Source: a virus (lineage: Duplodnaviria > Caudoviricetes). Taken from it: a stretch of DNA of 64,000 bases. This document shows positions 20,480-30,508 of this stretch, piece after piece; the first letter of the stretch is position 1, and the number at the start of each line of letters is the position of its first letter. The notes under the pieces are model-generated. The model was not told the origin of the DNA. It saw only the letters and a program-made list of their open reading frames with translations, and ran no database searches. Position numbers and translations under genes: made by a program. Location: positions 28,166 through 92,165 of IMG/VR virus record IMGVR_UViG_3300028569_001484. The stretch is one strand, 5' to 3'.

Positions 20480-21728
20480 TAATTTAGATAAATTGCCAGG
20501 TGGTATAGGTGACAATACTCCTACAAACGAAGTAGATCCTATACAACTCTCTATCGGAATTCAGATAGAAATGGAACATACAAACGATATTAAAATTGCG
20601 CAATCTATTGCTATGGATCATTTAACTGAAGATCCTAAATATTATAGCAAATTAGTTGCTACGGGATTAGCAAAAGAATTTAAACCCTCCACCGGCTCTG
20701 GATTAGGCGATACAAATCAAAGTATTAATGATAAATCTAGAATTGGTGTTGACGGACTAAAGAAAGGAAATATGCACGGAAAAATTGGAAATACTCCAGA
20801 TGGACAAGTTGATGGTAGACGCAGTGATCCAGTTGTAAATAAGACTATTGATGTGGAACTTGAAGAACAAGTCTTTAGTAGTTTAGAAGAAGCTATGTTA
20901 GACGAAAAGAAAAGAAGAAAGAAAGGCAAAGGTAAAAGAAAACCAAAGCCAACCAATCCTGCTTTATGGGCTAGAGCCAAATCCGCAGCAAGATCTAAAT
21001 TTGACATTTATCCCAGCGCTTATGCTAATGGTTGGGCCGCTAAATGGTATAAGAGTAAAGGCGGCGGATGGCGAATGAGTGAGAATTATCCAGCCCAAGC
21101 TATGGAAAGTCCATTTCCATCAGATTCAACAATGACTGGATCTGGTACAAATGGCAGTGGATATGATTTTGTCGGATATGCAGAAAGCAAACAAACTATG
21201 AATAAACAACAACTAAAAGAAGCTATTAAACGAATGATTCGTGAAATAGAACAAGACGACGTAAGTGTAGATGCTGAAAAAGAAGCAGTAACTATTACTC
21301 TTGATCGTGAACTTGCTCAAAAACTACACGATTTATTAATGACACAATTAACTCCTGCGGGAGAAGATGCAGAACAAACTCCAGCTGGACCAGAAGATGC
21401 AAATGCCGTAGTACCCGCTGAAGATGATGTGGAAGCTAAAGCTGATAATATGAGCAGCGATCAATTGCCAATTAAGGCTGGTGGCGAAAGTGGTGAATCT
21501 GTTGATGATGTTACATCTGACGAATCCGATTCAATGGATGAAGCTAAAAAACAATGGATACAAAAAGCGATTAGCAAACCAGGCGCTTTGAAGAAAGCTT
21601 TACGCGTTCCAGCTGGAGAAAAGATTCCAGCTAAAAAATTAGCTGCAGCTGCAAAAAAAGGTGGAAAAATGGGTCAAAGAGCAAGATTGGCTAAAACACT
21701 TCGTAAGTTAAAAGAAAGTCTAGAATAA
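20472..21728 (+). CDS. mosaic protein with alternating basic and acidic modules (probable head-internal)
   Basis: EMEHT..AMDHL.EDP.YY module; YPSAYANGW..KWYK.KGGGW module; KQWIQKAI.KPGAL module; LEE/MDE/LKE junctions. Confidence 0.65.
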   Translation: MINNLDKLPGGIGDNTPTNEVDPIQLSIGIQIEMEHTNDIKIAQSIAMDHLTEDPKYYSKLVATGLAKEFKPSTGSGLGDTNQSINDKSRIGVDGLKKGNMHGKIGNTPDGQVDGRRSDPVVNKTIDVELEEQVFSSLEEAMLDEKKRRKKGKGKRKPKPTNPALWARAKSAARSKFDIYPSAYANGWAAKWYKSKGGGWRMSENYPAQAMESPFPSDSTMTGSGTNGSGYDFVGYAESKQTMNKQQLKEAIKRMIREIEQDDVSVDAEKEAVTITLDRELAQKLHDLLMTQLTPAGEDAEQTPAGPEDANAVVPAEDDVEAKADNMSSDQLPIKAGGESGESVDDVTSDESDSMDEAKKQWIQKAISKPGALKKALRVPAGEKIPAKKLAAAAKKGGKMGQRARLAKTLRKLKESLE

Positions 21729-21745
21729 TATTCAAATTAAGATCT

Positions 21746-23287
21746 ATGAACGAAACAGACAATTCAGCGCTAGCAAATTATAAAGCATTTCAAAAGTATA
21801 AAGATTATGCTTTAAAAATGATTTCAAAACTTGAAAAAATAAAAGCAATTGGAAAAGGTAAAACAACTGCTGGCGACATTGTTACGCAAAGTTCTGTTGG
21901 GTCTGTTATTGTTGGTTTGGGTGATAGATTTCCAGAATTGACAACCAAATTAAAAGGTTTGTTGAAGCATTCGTTCAATCATAGTGATTTAGTTAAGTTA
22001 CATCAAACAGGTAAAATAGATCTTAATAATTGGGAAGATCGATCTTTAAATGAAATTATGTCTGAAATAAATCGTATTAAACATCAAGTTAATAATTTAA
22101 AGTCGGAAAACGCAGAAATGGCTCAAAGTGATGTTACTAAAATTATTGATTATAGTGAAAAACTACAATCGATGTTTAACACTGACGATAACTTAGAAGA
22201 TTGGGTAAAAGCCAAGTTGAATCACGCTTGCGATTATGTAGCTACAGTGAGAGATTATTTAAAATTCTACCGTGATGAAAAGGAAGCTGGTACTTCTGAC
22301 GATCAGATAGACGAAAAATGGACTAATAAGTATAAAAAGAGTATCGATTGTAGTAACGCAAAAGGTTTTAGTCAGAAAGCACACTGTAAAGCTAGAAGAC
22401 TGAGACAGATGGGTAAAAAGACAAAAAGTAAGCCAGTAAGAGAAATATATGAAGCGGTTGTACGTCATATGTTAAAAGAATTCAATAGCAGTATGGCTAT
22501 GGGTGCTTTGAAACAACTTAACAGTGATGCTAAAGAATTAGAAACAATGTTACAACCAAACTCTGAGTTGGAGGATTGGGTAAAAGCTAAGTTAAACTTA
22601 GCCGGTGAATATTTGGATGATGTTTATCATCATCTAGACCATTTTGGTCCACAAGGCAGAAAGTTTGATGAAGTGAAAATTGCACATAATCTTGAAGAGG
22701 GTTGGAAAGACTGGGTTGCTGCAGGAGCAATTGGATTGGGCGCAATGTCTGGAAATGTTGATGCGGCTAAAATAAAACCTGCAGATCAAGTCGCTATAAC
22801 ACAAAGTGTGCAAAAATCCGTTGGATCTTTTATAGACTATATTAAGAAAGTAGAAAATCAAGGTAAAGTCGGATACAATGCTGAAAAGAAACTTTGGTTT
22901 CCACACAAAAGTTTCGAGGGTGGAAGTGATACCATTGGATACGGTCATAAAATACAAAAAGGAGAAGACTTTAGTAAAGGTATAACAGATTCTCAAGCTG
23001 AATCTCTGTTAAAGACCGATTTGGCAAAAGCAAAACAACAAGTTTATAAAGAACTTGGCAGTGTTAAATTAACTCCTCAACAAGAAGAAATGTTTGTTGA
23101 CTTTGTATTCAATATGGGTACATTGAAGAAATTTCCTAAGTTTACTGAATTTGCATTAAAAAATGACTTGGAAGGTATGAAGAGTCAATATAAGAGATAT
23201 GCTGGGGGTAAAGAATTAAAAGGTAGAAACTCAGAGTTCTTAAAGAGATTTTTAGCTGAGTACTTTGGTTTTACAACTTATTTCTAA
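21746..23287 (+). CDS. multi-module protein with C-terminal GH24-like lysozyme
   Basis: Duplicated LEDWVKAKL modules; KVE...GGSDTIGYGH...DFVFNMG lysozyme motifs. Confidence 0.75.
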   Translation: MNETDNSALANYKAFQKYKDYALKMISKLEKIKAIGKGKTTAGDIVTQSSVGSVIVGLGDRFPELTTKLKGLLKHSFNHSDLVKLHQTGKIDLNNWEDRSLNEIMSEINRIKHQVNNLKSENAEMAQSDVTKIIDYSEKLQSMFNTDDNLEDWVKAKLNHACDYVATVRDYLKFYRDEKEAGTSDDQIDEKWTNKYKKSIDCSNAKGFSQKAHCKARRLRQMGKKTKSKPVREIYEAVVRHMLKEFNSSMAMGALKQLNSDAKELETMLQPNSELEDWVKAKLNLAGEYLDDVYHHLDHFGPQGRKFDEVKIAHNLEEGWKDWVAAGAIGLGAMSGNVDAAKIKPADQVAITQSVQKSVGSFIDYIKKVENQGKVGYNAEKKLWFPHKSFEGGSDTIGYGHKIQKGEDFSKGITDSQAESLLKTDLAKAKQQVYKELGSVKLTPQQEEMFVDFVFNMGTLKKFPKFTEFALKNDLEGMKSQYKRYAGGKELKGRNSEFLKRFLAEYFGFTTYF

Positions 23288-23290
23288 GTT

Positions 23291-23626
23291 ATGAATGAAT
23301 GGCCAACGCTGCCTATGGGCAACTTACAAGCTATGATGGTAATGCGTCAACAGAGTGCGCCTGTATCATCTATTAGCAGCTTTGATCCATATCAAGCTAT
23401 GTTGAGACGTAAACAATCAAATGTGTCAGATGATAATGGTTATATTAATGCCGAAGTAGAACAGTATGATTCTAAAGATATAGAAGCATTGGAAGAGTTT
23501 TGTCAACAATATGGTATAATGGGATTTAACTTTGGTAAAATGAATCCTAAGTCAGCATTACGAATGTTGAAGAATAAAATGGGAATCGTAGAAAAAGTAA
23601 ATAATAAAAAAATGTTACTTGACTAG
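23291..23626 (+). CDS. hypothetical protein
   Basis: Operon ORF, 111 aa. Confidence 0.65.
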   Translation: MNEWPTLPMGNLQAMMVMRQQSAPVSSISSFDPYQAMLRRKQSNVSDDNGYINAEVEQYDSKDIEALEEFCQQYGIMGFNFGKMNPKSALRMLKNKMGIVEKVNNKKMLLD

Positions 23627-23647
23627 TTTAAGATAGTTATTTTTGTT

Positions 23648-25036
23648 ATGGTAAAGTTAATTAATGCTAAAAACTCCCCTCTTAATCTTAAAGTTTTGGT
23701 TGATTCTGATATTGATAATGTACCAGCATTATTTTTGTGGGAGGATTATATTACAAAAATACCACAACACAGTGAAGTTATAAAACTACACGCTAATTCT
23801 GGATATTATTCGGGATTAAATAAAGGTATAGATTTTTTCAAAAATGACATCATATTCAAAATAATAAGACTTGATACATACGAAGTAATATTCAAACATA
23901 TTTTTAGAAATTTAAATTTTATCAATGGAAAAAATGTTCTTTATATTTCCCAAAATAATTACAGTGGATATAGCTATTCTGCTAGAAATTATATATTTCA
24001 ATTATTACAAAACGATTTTAAAGTTCATTGGATAAATAATTTATTTGGAACTTCTACATATAAACCTTGTAATAACGAGGAGTTACAGGTTTTTAATTGT
24101 GAAGCCAAATACGATCCCACTGTGATTTATGATTCAGTAATTATACATCACGTTCCAGATGGTTGGAATAATGCCAGAAAATATTTCAAAAACGCAAAGA
24201 AAATTTACGGATTAACAACGTGGGAAACTACACACTTGCATTCTGAATGGACAGATTTTATTAACCTAAGCATCGTTAATGAAGTAATTGTGCCATCACA
24301 TTTTAATAAGAAAACATTTATAGACAGTGGAGTATATAAAAATATTAATGTTTGGTATCACGATGTGTTTAGCTTTGTTAATAATAAAGATTTAAATGTG
24401 TCTTATGTTTTAAATAAGTTTTATTTATATCAAGATAATAAGTACATACAATCAAATGATCTTGTTAAAACGATATTAGATAATAATACGGTTTATTATA
24501 ATATCAGTCAATATAACGAACGCAAAAATTTAGATCAAGTTATATCAACATTTTGTAAAAAGTTTACAAGCGACGACAATGTATGCTTGTTTATCAAAAC
24601 ATATTTTAAAGAATTCACAGTATCACAAACAGAAATGTTGAAGTATAAATTCGCAGAACTTCTCAATACGTATGAGAATATCCCCCCAATTATATTTTGT
24701 TTTGAAAATTTAAATGACGATGAAATAAACTTAATTCACGAATTTGGAGATGTTTATTTTACTTTAAATAGAGGTGAAGGTTTTGGTTTATGTACATATA
24801 CCGCTAAAAAGATTGGTAACAAAATTATATGCGGTAAATTTGGTGCAGAAAAAGAATTTTTGTCTATTACCGATTCATTAATAAATTACACATTAGAATC
24901 TCCATTTAATATGGAGGTGTATCATAATTGGTATAATGATGATAGACAAAAATGGGCAACGTATAATGACAAAGACGTTTTGGGTGTTTTACGATACTAT
25001 CCAAAAACCATCAAACAAAAATATAACTACAAATGA
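23648..25036 (+). CDS. GT4-like glycosyltransferase
   Basis: SGYSYSAR, TTWET, ERKNL, RGEGFGL. Confidence 0.82.
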   Translation: MVKLINAKNSPLNLKVLVDSDIDNVPALFLWEDYITKIPQHSEVIKLHANSGYYSGLNKGIDFFKNDIIFKIIRLDTYEVIFKHIFRNLNFINGKNVLYISQNNYSGYSYSARNYIFQLLQNDFKVHWINNLFGTSTYKPCNNEELQVFNCEAKYDPTVIYDSVIIHHVPDGWNNARKYFKNAKKIYGLTTWETTHLHSEWTDFINLSIVNEVIVPSHFNKKTFIDSGVYKNINVWYHDVFSFVNNKDLNVSYVLNKFYLYQDNKYIQSNDLVKTILDNNTVYYNISQYNERKNLDQVISTFCKKFTSDDNVCLFIKTYFKEFTVSQTEMLKYKFAELLNTYENIPPIIFCFENLNDDEINLIHEFGDVYFTLNRGEGFGLCTYTAKKIGNKIICGKFGAEKEFLSITDSLINYTLESPFNMEVYHNWYNDDRQKWATYNDKDVLGVLRYYPKTIKQKYNYK

Positions 25037-25063
25037 AAAAACCCCCTTTCGGGGGTTTTGTTT
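25036..25063. terminator. bidirectional intrinsic terminator
   Basis: AAAAACCCCC-TTTC-GGGGGTTTT between convergent genes. Confidence 0.8.
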
Positions 25064-25323
25064 TAAAGACTGAACTTTTGTTTTCTCAATTCGGATGGTA
25101 ACAGATCATCCAATGGCTCTAAACAATTTACGCAGTATGGAATATTAATTGGCACCAATGCATCTTTATCGGTACCTGCTAATATTTTACTTACCTTTCT
25201 AAACATAACTCCATTTTGAAAAACCGCACCTTGACATTCGGTGCATTGCACGGACTGTGTATCTTTCAATCCAAAGTTAACATTTGGAGCTTGTCCCATT
25301 CCATCAATTTTATTGTTAAACAT
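25063..25323 (-). CDS. small Zn-ribbon protein
   Basis: CTEC...CVNC. Confidence 0.7.
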   Translation of the reverse strand: MFNNKIDGMGQAPNVNFGLKDTQSVQCTECQGAVFQNGVMFRKVSKILAGTDKDALVPINIPYCVNCLEPLDDLLPSELRKQKFSL

Positions 25324-25326
25324 AAA

Positions 25327-26832
25327 TTAATTTATTCCTTTTCTTTTTTTGTAATCTTTTAAAGCTTCTTCAATTGCAGATTCAGCTAAAACGCTGCAGT
25401 GAATTTTTTGTGGCATATTTGCTTTCCAATTTTCAGCACCTCCAAGTGCATCTAATACTTCATCGTTTGAAAAATTTTTTAATTCTTCAACAGTTCTTCC
25501 TTTAATTAAACTCATAGCCATATCAGCCGCAGAAATCGCTGTACCACATCCAAATATTTTCGCCTTAGCATCTAACACTTTGTGTGTATCCGGATCTATT
25601 TTCAATGTTATACGAAGAACGTCGCCACAGTTTTTAACAACGATTCCTTCTTCTATATTTTTTGTTATACGAGATAACACTACATAATTGTTGTTTTCTT
25701 CAACTTGTAAGGTATAAGTTTCAATTTCTCCAATATACTCTCGTTTTATTATATTGTGATTATAACCTTTACATTCTTCAAAAAAGCCAGTCCATGTTGG
25801 GAATCTTGTTGATAAATTTTGCGGAATTTTATTTTGTTTAGCGTTATTTCGCCAAATATCAGTTGTTAACTTTCCATGTTTTTTATATAAAGTATTTCCA
25901 ATTTTAAATAGATCTTCATCTGAATACCCCAACCATTTAGGGTTTTTTTCTTTTGGTTTGGACGCAAAGTTTTGTTTCCATTCATCTGACATTTTGTGAT
26001 AACAGTTATTCTTACCACTTTGTCTTTGAGATATTAATTTTCTTTGTTCTTCAGTGGTTAGTTTTTTGAATCTTTTATCAATATCATAATATCCAATTAT
26101 ATACATTAAATGATCTGTATATATTCCAAAATAATTTGCCAACTCACTTTTATCATCAAATTTATCTATATTTTCTAATAAAACATCTTTTTTAATGCAT
26201 ACATCAAATGTCTTTGGTTTATCCCAATTTGGATTAGTTAATTTAGTATGTTCTGACTTTAATAATCCACGAAAATTACTTATACGATTATTTCTTTTAT
26301 TTTCATCTATATGATGTATATCATAACCATCTGTATTATGATTTGGATTATGAAATTTATAAATTTCAATATGTTCTTTTCTATGTTTAGATTTTCTAAT
26401 TTCCCAATATCCATTTTTAATTATTTTTCGTTTAAACGGATAAATTGAGTCATCTATTGTTAATACTTTATTTTCAACATATTGTTTTTTTGGCCGAGTT
26501 AAAAACTTATGATCATCAGTACATATTACTTCACCCCCATCATTTAAAGTCAATTTATATACTTTTTTAACACCAGAAACAACTCCAATAGCATTTTTTA
26601 TTTCAAATAAGTTTGTTTTTATATTAAAACTCCAAACAGGCGTTATTTTATTTACTAAATTTTTGATAGGAGTATGCAAGTTACCATCTGCTGTAGATAT
26701 TAAAGTGTCTCCTGAAAAACAAGCTGCGGCTCCTACCTCAGCAATTGCGTCTGGATTTTCAATATCTCCAACATTTTGGGGATTAATAAATCTATCCATT
26801 ATCTTTTCATTATACAATTGGTTATCACTCAT
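25327..26832 (-). CDS. iscU: IscU/NifU Fe-S scaffold interrupted by an intein
   Basis: Spliced product reads NPQNVG...VGAAA|CGD...FGCG...KIHCSVLA with all three Cys. Confidence 0.92.
   Translation of the reverse strand: MSDNQLYNEKIMDRFINPQNVGDIENPDAIAEVGAAACFSGDTLISTADGNLHTPIKNLVNKITPVWSFNIKTNLFEIKNAIGVVSGVKKVYKLTLNDGGEVICTDDHKFLTRPKKQYVENKVLTIDDSIYPFKRKIIKNGYWEIRKSKHRKEHIEIYKFHNPNHNTDGYDIHHIDENKRNNRISNFRGLLKSEHTKLTNPNWDKPKTFDVCIKKDVLLENIDKFDDKSELANYFGIYTDHLMYIIGYYDIDKRFKKLTTEEQRKLISQRQSGKNNCYHKMSDEWKQNFASKPKEKNPKWLGYSDEDLFKIGNTLYKKHGKLTTDIWRNNAKQNKIPQNLSTRFPTWTGFFEECKGYNHNIIKREYIGEIETYTLQVEENNNYVVLSRITKNIEEGIVVKNCGDVLRITLKIDPDTHKVLDAKAKIFGCGTAISAADMAMSLIKGRTVEELKNFSNDEVLDALGGAENWKANMPQKIHCSVLAESAIEEALKDYKKRKGIN
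25630..26721 (-). mobile_element. intein (364 aa) with HNH endonuclease
   Basis: Starts CFSGDT, block B CTDDHKF, IHHIDENKRNN HNH, ends YTLQVEENNNY...VVKN/C. Confidence 0.9.
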
Positions 26833-26841
26833 ATACTATAA

Positions 26842-27957
26842 TTATAGTCCGATTTGTTTAAGGTCGTTTTTTACCATCTTATCCACCAGTTGTTCAAATG
26901 AAGTTTTAGGTTCCCACTTTAATTCATTTCTAGCTTTGGTACTATCACCCAATAATAAGTCTACTTCGGCTGGTCTGTAAAACTTAGGATTGATTTTTAC
27001 CAAAACAGAACACCTTGGTTCATATTTAATAGCATCTTTTGTCGTAATACTAAACTCAGCGGATTCAGCTTGTCCGTGCCATTCACCTTCAATATCAGCC
27101 GCTTTAAATGAATACCATACAAATTCTGCAATCGTATGTGTTTCATTGCTAGATAGTACATATTCATTTGGAGATTCTTGGTTTAACATTTTCCAGATGC
27201 CATCAACAAAGTCTTCTGCGTCACTCCAATCTCTTCTAGCTTTAACGTTGCCTAATTCAATTGTGTCAAATGATTTACCTTCAAGAATTGATTTTTTGAT
27301 TCTAGCCACCCCCTTGGTGATTTTACGTGTAACAAACTCTTCACCTCTTCTAGTACCTTCGTGATTGAATAACAACCCTTGTACAGCATACAAGTTATAA
27401 CTTTCTCTATATACTTTAACTAATTGTCTAGCTGCAGATTTACTAGCACCATATGGACTACGAGGTTTAGCGGGATGATTTTCGTCTTGTGGGGAGTAAA
27501 CCACATTTCCATATTCTTCAGACGAACCCGCATTATAAAATCTACAAGTTGATTTGTGTTGACGAATAGCTTCTAAAATATGAATTATCCCAGTAGTATT
27601 ACATTCCCAAGTTTGAGCTGGAAAGTCCCAGCTAGAACCAACGAACGTCTGCGCTGCCAAATTAATAAAGTACTCTGGTTTTAGTTTTTCTACTATTTTG
27701 GATATACTATGTGCATCACTCAAATCAAAGTTAACTAATTTAAATCTGGGGTTGTTTTCTAAGTGTCTAATGTTTTCGTGATTTTTGATACTTAGTCTTC
27801 TAGCACCCCCCACGATGAAATAGTCTGTGTTTTTCAACAGATAATCTACCATAAAGCTGCCATCTTGACCAGTCACACCTGTAACAAATGCAACTTTTTT
27901 GTTTTCCATAAACGGAACAACATCATTAATATTATATATTTCCATAAGATATTTCAT
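26842..27957 (-). CDS. gmd: GDP-mannose 4,6-dehydratase
   Basis: TGVTGQDGS, NLAAQTFV, SPYGASK, FNHE, FVTRKIT, RPAEVDLLLGD. Confidence 0.95.
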   Translation of the reverse strand: MKYLMEIYNINDVVPFMENKKVAFVTGVTGQDGSFMVDYLLKNTDYFIVGGARRLSIKNHENIRHLENNPRFKLVNFDLSDAHSISKIVEKLKPEYFINLAAQTFVGSSWDFPAQTWECNTTGIIHILEAIRQHKSTCRFYNAGSSEEYGNVVYSPQDENHPAKPRSPYGASKSAARQLVKVYRESYNLYAVQGLLFNHEGTRRGEEFVTRKITKGVARIKKSILEGKSFDTIELGNVKARRDWSDAEDFVDGIWKMLNQESPNEYVLSSNETHTIAEFVWYSFKAADIEGEWHGQAESAEFSITTKDAIKYEPRCSVLVKINPKFYRPAEVDLLLGDSTKARNELKWEPKTSFEQLVDKMVKNDLKQIGL

Positions 27958-28427
27958 TCAAAACCTGATTCTTCGTCTTCGTCCTCTTCATCTAAATAGT
28001 CTTCATCTTTGCTGTTATTAATATTATATTTTTCTTTAAAATCCGCAACGTCGTCATTTGTGATACCACAAAGAAAAAATACAGCTTGTATATACAATAT
28101 TATTTCTTCCTTTGTAAATTTATTCTTTTTGAAATATTCACTAATCTCATTTGATGCCGATGCTATTTTCTTTTGAACTGCTGGAGAAATTTTGATTTTA
28201 GGTGGCGCACCTTCTAATATTATTCCTGGTATATCATCAATTATTGAATCATCTATGTGATTATTTATAATATGTTTATACACTTCATCTTCAATTTTAT
28301 TTTCGGGTACACCATTTTTCAACAACTTCTTTTTTATATTCTTTACTTTTGTGGGACTTACTTTTTTACATATATTGAATGATGATAGTATGCCATTTTG
28401 AGATAATAGATGATTTATATTATTCAT
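27954..28427 (-). CDS. hypothetical protein with acidic tail
   Basis: Operon ORF. Confidence 0.65.
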   Translation of the reverse strand: MNNINHLLSQNGILSSFNICKKVSPTKVKNIKKKLLKNGVPENKIEDEVYKHIINNHIDDSIIDDIPGIILEGAPPKIKISPAVQKKIASASNEISEYFKKNKFTKEEIILYIQAVFFLCGITNDDVADFKEKYNINNSKDEDYLDEEDEDEESGFE

Positions 28428-28447
28428 TGTAATATTATGTATGGTTG

Positions 28448-29191
28448 TTAAAATCTCTGACGCAAAATCTTTTTACTATCTTGTAGTATATCAGGATCAA
28501 ATATTTTTGGTCCTTTGCTGATATAACCTTTGCCGCTCGTAAATGTACAATTATAACAAAGCAGTCTCATATTTTCTATTTTATGATTCTTGTTGTTACC
28601 GTCTTCAAAATTTAACAATAATGGCAACTTACCATCAAGTATACGTCTTTCTCTAAATTCACACTGCTCACATTCTGCTTTTTTGATGCCTGATCTAATT
28701 AACTTATCTTTTAGTCTATGCACTGGAAACTCAGGATGTTTACCATCCAATATATCATTAATAGGATATTTTCCTCTATATGGATTAATTGGCCCACGTG
28801 GACGAGAAGTTTTTACAATAGGCCATCCTTTAGTTTTGTGTACGCCGTATTTTTTAGCATACATTTTAAACGTAGGATAACTTACTCCCAAAAACTTTGC
28901 TGCTTTTCTAGCTGAGACAGTTCGTTCGATTGCTTCTAATATTTCAGATTCGGTAATTGGTTTTCTTTTTTTACCATCTGTTGGACGCTTTGGATAAAGC
29001 TGATCTGCATATTGGTTTTCTAAGTGGGGAATAGTAATGCCTTTTCCCTGCAATATTCTTATTTGTTCAATTTCAAGTTTTACATCTTCTCCAATTTCAC
29101 TCAATGACAATAATTTCTCAACTTTAATTTTAAGGTCTTCAAGTTCTTTTAACTTTCGAGTTATTTCTTCGTTATCAAATATATTGTTCAT
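28448..29191 (-). CDS. HTH + degenerate HNH domain protein
   Basis: SARKAAKFLGVSYPTF HTH; CEQC...LLLNFEDGNNKNH..ENMRLLCYNC (catalytic His replaced). Confidence 0.7.
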   Translation of the reverse strand: MNNIFDNEEITRKLKELEDLKIKVEKLLSLSEIGEDVKLEIEQIRILQGKGITIPHLENQYADQLYPKRPTDGKKRKPITESEILEAIERTVSARKAAKFLGVSYPTFKMYAKKYGVHKTKGWPIVKTSRPRGPINPYRGKYPINDILDGKHPEFPVHRLKDKLIRSGIKKAECEQCEFRERRILDGKLPLLLNFEDGNNKNHKIENMRLLCYNCTFTSGKGYISKGPKIFDPDILQDSKKILRQRF

Positions 29192-29526
29192 TAGTATTTA
29201 GATGATGATATTGGTTCTTTAGCTAAATCTATTTCAGTGCTATCGTAAAATACTCTACGTAAAGTTTCTGCTCTAAATGGAAATGATGCGTTCAAAAGTA
29301 CTTTGTATGTATTTACTATTTTTTCTTTGCTATTTTTCCTTTTTAATGATTTAACAACCATTATAGGATTAACTAAAAAGTCATCGTCTTCTTTTAAAGT
29401 TTTAATTTTATCTTCAATGCATCGTGTACAAGCTTCTATATGAGGATCATCAAATATAGTCTCGTCAATTGATATCGTCATAGACCAGTTTGCGGATTTA
29501 ACCAAGTAGTTATTTTTATTTAACAT
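29191..29526 (-). CDS. hypothetical protein
   Basis: Operon ORF; start overlaps the leftover helicase-like terminus. Confidence 0.65.
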   Translation of the reverse strand: MLNKNNYLVKSANWSMTISIDETIFDDPHIEACTRCIEDKIKTLKEDDDFLVNPIMVVKSLKRKNSKEKIVNTYKVLLNASFPFRAETLRRVFYDSTEIDLAKEPISSSKY

Positions 29527-30454
29527 AGTTCATATCTCCATCGTTAAGTAAATCCAAGTTAATTTTAATTAGTTGATTACTATTTTCATTATATCTATAG
29601 AATTTACATTTTAAATGATTAATAATTTCAACCATTCTTTTATAATCTTTTTGTTTCAAATTACCATTAATATCATAATGATGTGGTTCATCATACTCTA
29701 TAACTATGTTTTTTTCTACATCATAAGCATCTAAAAAATAACACAATATTCGTTTTTCACCGCCATTTAATGCGTGTTGTAAATTCCAATTATTTTTCTC
29801 ATTCAATTTATCAAAATAACTACATGCATATGAATTAAAGTTAGGACATATTTTGCCAAATTTTTCAATTCTTTTTAATATACTTTCTTTGGCTTTAATA
29901 GACAATTTTCTTCTAGTTTCGTCAGATGTTGTCCTTTTATTTTTTAATTGAGATTCAGATATTTTTTTTCTCACATCTAATCTTTTTGCAGGATTTAATC
30001 CTCCAATTTTACCTAAAGACATTTTTAGTTTAGTTTCAGTAGTTAACTTTTTACCTTTATGTGAATTACTTATTTTTTCTTTTGTTTTATTATTTAATGT
30101 TCTACCAATCATCCATTTTCCGGTACCGTTTTTTTTATGAATAATACTCAATTTAATTTTTTGTTCATCTGTCATTGGAGACAAAATTCTTCCTTTTAAT
30201 ACACAATTTTTACAAAGAACACTTTTTTTAGTAGCTCGTTTTAACAATTTTAGAGATTTATATGATTGCGTATTATTACACTTAGGACACGACTTTTGAT
30301 GTATGTTTTTGTTTCCAATATCTGTCCATTCGTTTTTTATTACATTTTTCTTTGTTTCGTTGATAGTATCGTTTGGAACGGATATTAGATTGTTCTCTAA
30401 CTTCGTCTTCTGTTCTATTAAGTTTTTTTCTTCCCATAAATTGTCTTGGTTCAT
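29516..30454 (-). CDS. NUMOD3 + Vsr/DUF559-like homing endonuclease (cassette 3)
   Basis: CPKC...CKNC, NUMOD3-like repeats, YFLDAYD..IVIEYDEPHH; ends NLDLLNDGD like the upstream helicase. Confidence 0.8.
   Translation of the reverse strand: MNQDNLWEEKNLIEQKTKLENNLISVPNDTINETKKNVIKNEWTDIGNKNIHQKSCPKCNNTQSYKSLKLLKRATKKSVLCKNCVLKGRILSPMTDEQKIKLSIIHKKNGTGKWMIGRTLNNKTKEKISNSHKGKKLTTETKLKMSLGKIGGLNPAKRLDVRKKISESQLKNKRTTSDETRRKLSIKAKESILKRIEKFGKICPNFNSYACSYFDKLNEKNNWNLQHALNGGEKRILCYFLDAYDVEKNIVIEYDEPHHYDINGNLKQKDYKRMVEIINHLKCKFYRYNENSNQLIKINLDLLNDGDMNYVK
30282..30437 (-). CDS. MGRKK basic leader micro-protein (cassette 3)
   Basis: MGRKKLNRTEDEVREQSNIRSKRYYQRNKEKCNKKRMDRYWKQKHTSKVVS. Confidence 0.78.
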   Translation of the reverse strand: MGRKKLNRTEDEVREQSNIRSKRYYQRNKEKCNKKRMDRYWKQKHTSKVVS

Positions 30455-30480
30455 ATACTCATATATATATATATATATAT

Positions 30481-30504
30481 ATAGTGAAAACATAAATAGT
30501 GAAA
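30481..30504 (-). repeat. direct repeat TTTCACTAT x2 (putative operator, cassette 3)
   Basis: ATAGTGAAA at 30481 and 30496 on + strand, 15-bp period. Confidence 0.6.
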
Positions 30505-30508
30505 GAAT

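Noticed and set aside
30461-30483. (AT)n tract as a functional repeat
   Set aside because: The homologous cassette 6 has TATATTTATATAT here; probably a slippage expansion or read artefact of the promoter motif.
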